From assembly GCA_000934665.2 (NCBI GenBank), contig KZ538314.1:1-64000 (forward strand): a DNA stretch of 64,000 bases, read 5' to 3'. Positions within the stretch are counted from its first letter, which is position 1; each line of letters starts with the position of its first letter. The notes under the pieces are model-generated. The model did not search any database and had not been told where the DNA came from. It saw only the letters and a program-made list of their open reading frames with translations. This DNA is from Catajapyx aquilonaris (lineage: Eukaryota). The translations under genes were made by a program, and so were the position numbers. Shown here one piece after another: positions 13,627-25,369 of the stretch.

Positions 13627-15956
13627 CTGCGAAGAAAATAATTGTCACGACAACATGTTCGTTCATGTTCATAATATTTTAGTTAAATGACTGAAATGAT
13701 AAAAAATTAAAATAACAAATAAAATGATACTAACGCACTTTTTCATTCATCTAATTATTCAAACCTATTGGTTTTTTTACAACCCTCATCAGCATACCAC
13801 CCAAAATTCCACATCTTACGACCCCTATACGACCCTGCAACGCATGCAGACTTTTTCCCCCCCATCCACCAGCATAGTCGATGGCCTCCCCAGTGACACA
13901 TTCGAGCTGACAAAACTCGCCCCTTTTTGTCCCAACTCATTGAAATGCATTGCTTTTGTATTCCTTTCCAGAGGTGCATTCTTTTACGTTTCGCATCCGT
14001 ACAGCCCCCGATGCAATTCCATAATTCTCCATCGTGTGATAGGGGGTGTTCAGGTCCATAGAGAAATCCGGTCTAATTGCACCCCCGAGGTTTACCATCA
14101 CGTTCTTTAGTCGCCTGGTTCCATCCACAGCCGCAAATGAAACGGGCTTATTCAACACTGGTCACTGGATGCGTTTGCGGCCACTACTCAAATGAATGGT
14201 CGCCCAATACTCTTGACTCTGCGTACGCTCTTTTAATTCAACAAACCACCAAGCTTAATGCCCCATACATTGGGTAGGTGGAAAGCTAAAGACAAGCCAA
14301 CTTTTCTTGTACTGTACTTTTTGAAGAAATCAGGACGGTCAGTGGCTAACATATAGCTAATTCTTGTAGCTGACATTGGGGGATGGCACGCAGCGGAAAA
14401 TCCACTCAACTTTTTTTTCCATTTGTACCTTGTTGGCCGGGGCCTGTGTCAAGCTTTTAATGGCTCGATTGAGCTGCAGCAGCCACTAACGCAGCCATAA
14501 CCAAGCTCTCGGGAGGGATGACACTTGCCCGGAATTACTACTCGGGCTGGGGAGGATAAGCTGCCTGCACTCCCCCAAACCTGCCCCTGACACGCTTTTT
14601 ACACCCTTCCTCTCCGGACAAAGGCTCAAGTATGTAAAACGTACACACTGCCATGTATGCCATGTGTGGAAGGGCTGGTGGCTACAGTTTCCTACTCGAG
14701 GTAACCCCGGTCCGGGTGCCCGGTCTGCTGCGGGGAATGGAAGTTCCAAGTACTAGGACCTCAGAGTCACGTATGGTAATATTAGTAAATTTACTTTTCA
14801 GGCGCAATATTATTTTTTAGAAAAATAGCCCTCATTATAAAATCACTGTCATATGCATCGCTGCTTGGCAAAAACCATAATGCATAATGCATTCAAACGA
14901 GGCCGTTACACAAAAAGGAAGAGGACAATAAAGAAGCTGGCTCCTTACATCTCTGCCGTAATTGACTCTCTTTTCCAACTGTTGGCGTAGTCATTAGCTA
15001 ATGACTAGCCCTTATGCAGTGAGCCAACGCGCAAAAAGGTTCTGTAATAACCTGTGCCCTCAAGGTCAAATCCGATGTATGGGGTTGATATCACATTGCA
15101 GCCAGATTAAAATTTCTGAGAGTTTGTAGATAGGCCAACAGATTTTTGACTTGGGGGGCTGATGAGAGCCAGCTCGTTACCTGCTCCAGCCTTTTGCCAA
15201 ATGGATTTTGCGACTTGTACAATTCCACCGGTGCAAAATGAATCCGGGAGTGCGGCATTTTCCTCCGGAAAAAAGGGGGTCACGCAACCAGGATTCCCTC
15301 TTATTAATTCATAAACCCTTGCAGCGAATCACTACCATCCGCCCCAGTCTACATAATGCAAATTCTGATACCTCTGTATTAAAGAGGACAATCCCCAGGT
15401 GAGCTATCTTGTACTCTCCGAGTACATTTCATGGCCTTGTACACTGTACAGGCTTCCAGGACTGCAGTATTTACTTTTTGCAAATTATGAGAAACAATGA
15501 TAACCGTTACTTTCAGTGTGAGATCCTCCTGCATAATCCAGGCAATCAGGTTGAATCATCCTCATTTATGAACATTGTAATTATTAAAGTATGACTGTAT
15601 TGGAATTCGTGACCACCGACCACAATGTGCCTGGGTATATGCCGTTATGATTAACTCGAAACTGAATGGTCATGCAAGCATCGTGTCATAACCTATAACC
15701 CATCACGAAATGTTGTTGTCCATGCTTAGTTTCAACGCACACGACAATTTAGACTAGACGGATGCAATGCACATAACGTGAGTACCACGTCTGGTAAGTT
15801 TCATTCCTAATAATCACTCTGACAGCTCGTAGTGAGATTATTGCAAGGACTGAGAGATTAATATAAAAATGTCTGTCAGATTTTCTCACGTCATAATATT
15901 AATGAGTAATCGTGCAATTACAACTTCATGCAAAATTATGTGGTTAGTATACATAC

Positions 15957-16005
15957 CTGTTCCGTGAGTAATCCATTTGGGCAGTCCTTAAGAAAGCCTT
16001 TGTGC
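15957..16005 (-). CDS. NCS1: NCS-1 coding exon 3 (49 nt): (W)HKGFLKDCPNGLLTEQ
   Basis: tttattttcag|GCACAAAGGC...ACGGAACAG|gtatgt. Encodes the EF1 CPNG motif. Confidence 0.97.
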
Positions 16006-16966
16006 CTGAAAATAAAGGGAGTATAAGTCATTTAAGCAGCAGCACTTTACACCAAATCTTTTAAACCACTTTAGTAATCCAATCTGACAAAGTACACCTT
16101 TACCTTTTGAATATTCCAATCACCCATTCTATTATAGATTCAAAGCCAATATTAGCTAACCAGGTGTGTGACATCCAATTGTGATTAATCGAATGATCCA
16201 CTTGTTCAAATAATGTTATCACATAATTGGCTAATGAACAGGCTATAGATTTGAATGTACAACAATGTGCCCAGCATCTTTTAGCGTTACAAAAGTGTCA
16301 TAGCAATGGGTAAAAATATCACTGAAAAATCACTCGTTTGTAATAGTCGCAAAGCTATTTATGGATCACCAACTTGGTAAAAGTTATAATAGCTCTGGTG
16401 TAGAATTATTGCACGCAGGCCTGGCATTATAAGTGGTGGCAAACGAAGATGTCTCAACTATCCAACAAAGTTGTGTCTCATTACCCCCTGCTAATTACAC
16501 CCATTCTCCAACCAAAACTGCCTCAATTTGCTCTTTGAAACATGCATAACCCTTTGGGAAGCCTATATGGAGGGAGAGAAAAAGTTGCGATACATAAAGG
16601 AGGCGCAAATCGGATTATAAACTCATGCCATTACGAACTGCTGCATCGTAATGACCCTCAAATTGCGTCAATAGCAACCACAAATCCTGGATCATGTGAT
16701 GACAGAATGGATTTCCAGGGGTGGGGCCCATCCTGGAAAATAATCAAAGGGATGGCCAAACACTATCGATTTGCAACCGGAGTATAAAACCGACTTTATG
16801 AAAGCTGATTCCGGCATCTTCTAAAATTTGTTTGCAACCCTGTGAGTCTCTCTCACAAACTTGATTTCCATTTGTCCTCGACACGCCGCGGGGAATCCAC
16901 CAACGGAAACTGGCCGCAGGAAGTCTCCACAGAAAAATATATACTGTATATATAGAGAGAGTCCCC

Positions 16967-16987
16967 TGACGTCAGACAATGACGTCA
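16967..16987. promoter_or_regulatory. Tandem pair of perfect CRE sites
   Basis: TGACGTCA-gacaa-TGACGTCA. Confidence 0.45.
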
Positions 16988-19900
16988 AGGGCTCTTCACT
17001 CTTCCACTTTGCAACCTACGTCCACGCCTACCCTTTTATTCTCTCCCTTTGGAGTTTCGACGCCCCCATCAGGCGATGTTAACATTGTCCGGAATAATCT
17101 TAGAGAGCTGGTCGATGGAGCATGAAAACGTCCCACGCCACTGCTATAGAATTTGAAGAATATATTTGGTACGTCACACGCGTCAACAATGGATTTAACT
17201 CCTGTTACTCTAATTACTGCCATGTTCTGTAATAGCTAAACATTGCCATGTTCATGCTTCGTAGCATGTACCCTGGTGGTCTGACTATGAACGGTGCAGG
17301 GTTATAGCATCAAAAGTTGATGTTGTCCAAAACTGGAGTTCTAATGGTTTGACGGCTTGGCGTCATATGAGCGCAGGGTGGTCATAAAACAGGGCGATTT
17401 GGTAGGCAACTCTCGACACCTCTGTGAGAGTTGAATCGGAGAGCAAAGTCATGGAGTTTGAAACGGCGCAATCAACAGGCAGCAGGGACCATTGAATTGC
17501 CTTCCATCTCCAACAACCTCCCCAAGCCTCTTTGTGTCACGGAAACGACTCCTGCCCAATACAAATCAGCGCAGGTACCGGTGCAATCACAACAGCGCAG
17601 GATGGAGAATATGTGGGCATATCTGCGTGTTTAACCTTCCAACCACTTCAAACAACCCAGATGGATTTTGCATGGCCGTGTCAGTCACAATGATTGGAAC
17701 GGAGCAGGTCTTTTCGGAAAAAGACGTGCTCTTGATCCGATTTGGAACAAGTGGCTGTCACATCCTGTCGACACCGTCACAAGTACAAGATTTCTCAAAT
17801 AGAAAAATCAAATGTGACATGCTCCACATACATGTCCATCGTGGTCGTCCTAACCAGGGACAAATTAGTTCCGGAGCAGTTTATAAATACAATCCGGCCT
17901 ATGTTCAGGTCCTTTGAACAACGGTTAATTGCTCATTGCATGTCAACTCCAATTAGAGACCAGCACTTGAGTTTCATATCTGCGGACGTGAGTGGGCAGG
18001 TAGTGAAGTGTCCCACCCACTCTATGGAGGCCCAGTTGGCTTGGCCTGGCGACAACCTTCAACCCCCGCCGGTCATGCCGCCATTTTTGATCAGCTAGTG
18101 CGAATTTAGGGGGTCGTAAAGGTCGGGGTGGGTTGGAACCAGGGTCCAATTTGCGGGCCGACCATCATCCGCGTAGTTAAGTGAAACTTTGACAATGTCC
18201 GGGAGACTTAATTACCCCTGCGCGATAATGAGATTCGCAAATGAAGTCAAGGGCTCGTGGAGTTTTCCTTGGCCAGCCGCGGCGGTGGGGAAAATGGCCG
18301 CCGAGTAGGGCCTAATCAAGATGGACGGTGGCCGCAAGGTCAGTTAGAAGCACCCGGAGACTTTTATTGCCGGGCATTAGTAATGCTCGTCCGTTGACAC
18401 GTCGTTGCCGCGTTGTATGGAAATAAAATAGGGTTATAAATATGTGTTAGAGGCCCGTCCAACACCGAAGTGCAACTGGGAATGAATAATCTGCAACAAC
18501 TGATGACATTTAAATGTGTGTGCAGAGGTGCCTAGAGGTAAATGATGACTAACACCATGGCTGAAATAGGAAATATTGTATTTGCGGGTATTGGGAATCG
18601 TATGCCGTGTCACTGCGCGTATCAATTTTAATAACAATCACCTGGCACGTAGTGTCGCAACTGCAATTTAATTTAATCATCAAGCCGTAACGACAAATCG
18701 ACTGTATTAAATTATAGCTGGGACATCACATGCCATGCGACTATAAATGAAATTACATTTTAAAATCTAATTAAATTGAAACTATGTGGAGTAACTCCAG
18801 AAACATTTAGGCCTCACCACGACTTGATTATCCCCATAAAATGTAGAGCACAATCAGCCAATTCTTCCGGATTACAACTTTACAAATTAGTCAGGGATTA
18901 ACAAGACGTCTAGTGTCTGGGATGGTACGGATCTGTATAGTCGAGGCATCGCTTATCGGACCTGACATATTCTTCCGCAAGCTCTCATCCTGCAGACTCC
19001 CACATGAAAGGAACCGGGAGCTTTCTTGGGAAGCGAAACTTCGGGAAATGGAATGTTGTCTTGCCCACGGGGGGATGCTGCTGCTCTTTACTTGGCAACC
19101 TCCAAAACTCCTGCTGCCAAACACAAAATTCCTCTCGAAAATCTTATTTTCCGGCCTGATTTAGGGATGGGACGACCTTTCCCTCGCTGTTTAAATTTGC
19201 ATACAAACGCCGATTGCCATCTAAGTTAATCCGTCCTTATTGGCGGGAACCCGCATCGATCGAACATTGCCTATGAGACCCTAATAGACCTATTCATTGC
19301 AAATAGACTGTCAAGGGCGGGGGAAGGTTAGTTGTCATCTATGTAGAGGAGTGAAAATTATTGTTGGCTGCAGTTTGGACCGTCGAGTCTCGCAGATTTA
19401 CGGCGTGTTTATACGAGGGTATTGTTGTTATGCAAACGACTGAGCATGAAATCTCACATAGAGGTGTCTAAGCGTGGAATGGTCCGGTTGTTAGTCTGCT
19501 TCTCTCACGTGCAAGTCATTACGGAATAAATTATCACAACTCAAATTTGAAATCTCATAAAGTTTCGGGTGTTAATCTTGCGGGATTTCAGCTTTTAAGC
19601 CCGTGACACCAAACTTTGCATGCTGACAGGTCATAACCGTCAAGCCTATTTATATGAAAAGTTTACACTGGTTTTTCTATTAAAATATTCCGTATAATAT
19701 TGTCACTAATTTTTTTCCTCATCGGGTCAATATTTTTATGCCAGACAATTTTAAGTCTAGTCTCGAAGTCCTCTTAGCATTCCCAAGTGAAAGAAACTGT
19801 AGCTGGTTCGTTGGCAATAACACTTTTGGCAGGCAGGGAAATTGCACCAGATGAGTCTGCTGCTTTGCCCCGGAGAAAATTCGGAGGGATTGGAAGACAT

Positions 19901-20828
19901 GTCCTGGGCACTAAGCTTGAAATTACTTGCCCCAGCTTGTACATGACGAAACACAAGTTGTGCCAGAATTAGGTTCAACTTTTTATTATTGGTCATAAAA
20001 TTTATGAATGATTTTAATTCTTCTAAAATTCCTCAGAAGCAATAAAAATAGCAGTGAGAGGCGTTATTTCGTAGACCCCACCCAACATTTCATCCATCGA
20101 TTGCAAATAGATGGATATACAGTATACACGCCCTATGACCCACCCCAAAAATGCACATGCAGCACTACGCCCCTTTCGTGCTATAACCTGCTTATTCCTC
20201 TCCTCCAGCAACCGCAGCAACCAAAACTTACCATATAGTTTTTCCTCTTTCAATTTGAAGTGGAAAGAAAGAAAGAAGTGCAAGCCTTGTCAAATGGGGT
20301 TGGTACGGATCTGAGAATGACATGCATATTCATGACTGAAACTTTGGCAGACACGTGTCAGCTTCCCACTTTCTGGCAAAATGAGAGTGGAGGCAGCAGC
20401 CAGCCAAGTAAAGTTTGTTTCCTCTCTGAATCTTTCTCGTTTCTCAAACTCCACCGAAGAAAGCTCATTCATGAGAGAAACACACGGTAATGACTCGGCA
20501 ACCCAAAAGCGGCCAAGAACTGGAAACTAAGTTTTTACTCCGCCTCGCTCATTTCCTTCTATTGCTCTCTTTTTGACGCCAAGTATGCAAAAGTTGTGTA
20601 GAAAAAATGCAAAAAATAATAATTATAATGTGTCGGCATATTCATGTTTGTACATTGGTGCCGTTTACCCCATTACCGTTTTCACAGACATTAATTTCCA
20701 TCTCAGCGTCCCATTAAGCCAAGGGCAGTTCTCATTATTAATGATGATTGCAGTGCAGATTGCACTAATGTGATTGTGCCGCGCATTAGGACCGTGAGTG
20801 ATAACATTTTCCTATCATCACATCTTAG

Positions 20829-21058
20829 CCAATGAATTTTCCTATTGCTATTTCCGGATGAGGTCTACAGGCGCATCATGACATGGCCAATATTAGTGTC
20901 ACACGTATCATTCAGCATTGTTGCTGTACTGAGTTAAACCCACTCTCCTTAATTAATCAGTTAGTGACTCACTGGAACTTTCTTATCACAGAAGTGTTTC
21001 GTTACATAACAGTCAAACGAGAGAATGGTCTGACGTCACAGTAGCGCATGCGCAGCTG
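20829..21058. promoter_or_regulatory. Candidate intronic enhancer/promoter (dense TF motif cluster)
   Basis: CCAAT 20829-20833 and 20887-20891, AP-1 TGACTCA 20965-20971, PAR/Vrille-type GTTACATAAC 21001-21010, CRE TGACGTCA 21031-21038, NRF1/Ewg GCGCATGCGC 21044-21053, E-box CAGCTG 21053-21058. Confidence 0.5.
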
Positions 21059-24000
21059 AGTGATTCAGAGAGCTACTACGAACCCACAGGGGTTTGGCGA
21101 ACGGAACTGCGGGTCAAATCGCGTAGATAGGTCCCAGGAGCAACTGTGCAAAGTGGCTTGCTTGCCTGACAAAATGCGTTTTTTTCCCCCTTTTCTCGAG
21201 TGTACCGCTAGCACTAAAAGGGAAGAGCCGGGTGGAGGTGATGTCAGACCATTATCTCGTTTAAAAGACTTTTATTTTGAAATAAATAAATAAAATAAAA
21301 TAGTCGACTTCTGTCTAGGGTCGACTTCTCCCTGGTTCACCATGGCGGATAGACCTAGTTGGTATCCCGTGGAGTAACCTTCCCAATACACCGAGTGCCA
21401 TTGTTTTCCGTCTGGTTCCGCTGCAGGAAGCCGAATTCAGGGATAATCTCCTCATAATCCTGAGGGCGGGGTCGTGGCGAAGAGAGGAAGTGTGGTCTAG
21501 ACACAAGCATTCCATGACTAATTTAATAGCAAACTCCCTCGTAATTTCTGGAGACAGAATCTTGCCGACTCTCGAAACTGGTTCTTCAAACCGGGGGGAT
21601 AAGGTAACCCGTCTAACGTCTTGGAAATGTGATATTACTTTGTGCAAAGGAAGGCTATATAACCTAAGCCCACTTTGCTCCATCCTGGAAGTCTTCCAAA
21701 CCGCTCGACTAGGACTTTTTGATCTTGCAGCCCTGCAGAATGGGAACCTTTTGATGCCGTTTTTACCCATTGCGATAGTGTTAATCAAGCGTGTCTTAAG
21801 GCTCCAAAAGGGTCGCTTCCTATATACCGGAGGGAGCAAAGACCAATCCCAACGATTCTAGGTACTGACTTGGTGAGTAAGCTTAAAGTAGAAAAATACC
21901 ATGGCAAGGCCTGACTGGCTGTTCCACTTCTGGCGGCAGTTTCCTTTAGCGAAATGCAGTCGTAAAATATTTAAAGTGAGTCCGCAGCATTTATACGAGT
22001 CAAGTGTGCCGCCTGGCTGCAGGAAACTTCAGGAGTACCAAAAACACGAAGCAATTCCGCCATTAGTCTTATTAGGACTAATCCCGGTGTACTTTGGGGA
22101 AATTGCAGCCATGTTCTCACATTAAGCGACAAAACTTTGGGCTCCTTAACTGTGGAGAAAATGCGCGAGCAGCTTTATGCAGTAAGTTCAGTGTGATTAT
22201 TACCGATAGGTATGACATATGATGATAAAGTCTAGGTGTGTAACATATGTGTTGACGTGTACATTACAGCATTTTAACAAATTACAATGCATAAAATACT
22301 GCAATTTATAATAGTGCCGATGACGAAGGGCAGAATAATAGTGGGAATATTGATGCAACGCAATTATGAATAAACAGCGCCTAATCACATATTATTCATG
22401 AAGTGCCAAAAGCAATTGGCAAATCAAATCTATCCTTTTGAAAGGCATAATCTGTGCAGATTATTACCTGTGTTTACAGGTGCTGTAACATAATCCCTGG
22501 TTAATTTCACTGCAATAGCCCAGGTTGTTTTTCTGGCTCAAAGCTACCGCACATCAAGCTATAGCTCTCAACCAGGCAATAAACAAGCTCTATAGACTAT
22601 ACAGACTATATAGTACCATATACGAAAACAAAAGCAAGCAATGACTCGTTAACTTGTACCTCTAATTCGGTAAAAGCAGAGAGTCATTTCCTTATAATTA
22701 TTTGGAGTGAAGTGAAGGAGTTGAAGAACATAAATGTCTGCCGCCTCGAGTGCTGTATGAGAACAGAACAGATTGTTATGACAGTGGAGCGGAGTCAAGA
22801 AAATTAGGTTACTTTCGGAGTGGAATTTCGCAAAGAACATCAAAGAAAGGCACAACAGGATACGATTTGATAACTTTGCTTTTCAGAAATGCAAAGCTAA
22901 TTACCGACGCACATTTCTTGCTCGCGAGGCGACACGAGTGTCAATTTAATATAAAATATGGCGCATATTTGCTTGCAAGACGACGGTGGTTTACTCCAGG
23001 AATTTGCAAGGATTCGCGTCGCACTATGATTACGTCATCCTCAAAGTCGTAGTGTTTACACCCTATTGCAGACTAACGCTAACATCATCTAAGTGAGTGA
23101 CAAAAGATCTTTAAAAATATCAGTGTTCCCAACCAAGTATATTTATGTGACAAGATATATATGAAACATACAAATGGATGCATCTAAAGAAGCCGTCATA
23201 CAAGCGGCTCTTATCTGAGAAATGGTTGGCGGGAATTGTCCCAGGACTGAAAGAATGATTTAAAGAGGCAGGCCCGGTCGACTCCCGTGATTGATCATTC
23301 GGAACATCGCAACTATTGCCATCAATCACAAATGTTGCCCCCCCCCCCGTCTTTCCCCGCTATTTCTCTCCCCAAGATTCCAGAAGTCCGAGTTCACTTT
23401 AAGGAGGCCGCCGAAGGAAGAACTTTGTATTGTGGACTCAACTGCTCTTCATTACTAAGAGTGCACAGCAGTGCCAGAGGCAGGCAGTTACTGCACTACT
23501 AGGAAGGGGTAAAGGGTTAATTCTGTTGCGGCCTTTTGGAGAAAGCCTGTAAATTAGCAGGCTTGCTAATCTCCCTGCAGAAATTATTCCTCTTGAAGGA
23601 ATTCGAAGCTTCCGAACCCACCAGCGTAGAAATGCACGTAGATCGAAGCACGAACTCAAAGCCATCCAATGCACCTTATGCCTAATTATGCAGGCATTTG
23701 AAATAGCTTGCAGCAACTTGCAAGGTACAGATTCGCCATTAATTATCCTCGACAATATTCTGTTAATGGACTCCGAAGGCATTACATTAATGTGTATTGT
23801 GCAAAAATTTCAATTTTTCGCCACATTATTTTGCCATACTTTGTAGCACAAGGAACTTTCTGCACGCTCAAGAGGAAATTAGGTTTGTTTGGTATAGCTA
23901 CGTACACAATTATCTAGTTACCACACAAGCCTTTGTGTTGTTTACATTACTGTAATGAAGCGGCTCTGGATATTACGTAACAAATGCAGAATAATACGCG

Positions 24001-25283
24001 TCTGCCCTTTATTTCATCAAACACTTTACGCACGCCCTGGAGAATCTGTTTATCCCTCGAATTATGCCAAAGTCACACAGCCATGTCACTTCAAAGGACA
24101 ATGTGAATGCATCGAGTAAAACATAGTGCAGCTATCCTAGTGGTCGTTATAATGCATGGGAATGGTTAATTAGCTTTGCAAATGAATTTTTATTCAGTAT
24201 GTGCGAAATGGAAAATGAAATTAAATTCGAATATGGAATGAAATATTTACGGCGAGTTCGAAATTCTATTTACAAGTCAGCACACATTTCATACGGACGC
24301 AGTGGGAATAATTACATTCGCCAAGATTTACTTTCGCTCTGCAGGAAAGAGACGGTCCCATTATTTAACATGTTCCTTCTGGGCACGAATAAGAAAATTT
24401 ATGTGCGTTCCTATACTTCTCACTAGAAAGTTCCTGAATGAAAAAACATCCAACCTGCTCCAGAAACAATGAATGCAAATACTGTACCTTCCAGGCATCT
24501 AAGATTTTGCACCCTCCTAGTCCTACTCCCCACTTTAAAATTGACATGCAAATCGAGCCTTATCTGGCAACACCGCCACACCAAAATAACACCCGATTGG
24601 CCCCCGCCAAAAATTTTCCCCTCCACTTGGGCCCCTAGGGCTCGCGTTGTTTTGACAGCTCCCCTCTACCCCCCCCCCCCCTTTAAAAAAACGCAGTAAA
24701 CGCAGAAAGGTAAAGTGGGCCTTTCTGCGTATAATTTTCCAAACAGTTTTTGGTCCAGTCCACATCCGGAAGTGCACTTTTGGAACGAATCTTTGTGCAT
24801 TATAGACGTATTTTTTTCCTACCCCATCCTAGCTCTAATAGAGTTTCCCTTCCATTTTGGGCCAAGTGTTTATCGATTGGATAAGGAAGGCGCCTTCCAA
24901 AGTTGGCCGCACCCGAAGTCTGCTGGATTCGGGGTACCCTTTACCCACCAAACCCTGCATTCCCCATCCCGGCAGGCATGTCCAGGAAGCTTCCTGGTGC
25001 TCGTCAGTATGCAGCTCAGGGCATTACTCCCGTGCCTCTGCAACGCCCATCTCCATGGACTGCCTTCTAATGTTGCGGGGGATTAACCGGTACACACTGT
25101 TGCAGAAGCCAAAGCTGACAATAACATAAGCTTATATCAAACCCCCACGTGGGATCAACCTGATCAACATATTAGCGCCGGATCTGGTTGCATGGGATTA
25201 AAACCGGTGCTGGTCGTATGTGCACAGAAAAAAAATCTGTGGGCTTGGCTCATATATCCTGCTTACTGCACAGATACTGAATA

Positions 25284-25369
25284 CGGGTCTCGGACTTTTC
25301 GCCCCCGCCGTTTCGCCCCCGGACTTTTAGCCCCCGGCATATTGGCCCCCGGCATATTGGCCCCCGTGA
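25284..25369 (+). mobile_element. Terminal fragment of a DNA transposon with ~15-bp tandem subterminal repeats (foldback/MULE-like), copy 1
   Basis: CGGACTTTTCGCCCCCGCCGTTTCGCCCCCGGACTTTTAGCCCCCGGCATATTGGCCCCCGGCATATTGGCCCCCGTGA, nearly identical to 50846-50916. The superfamily call is inference. Confidence 0.65.

Noticed and set aside
15159..15180. Hammerhead-like CTGATGA-GAG-CCAG-CTC
   Set aside because: It is followed by GTTAC rather than GAAAC, and stems I and III cannot form. Other CTGATGA hits (for example near 40003 and 29275) fail similarly.
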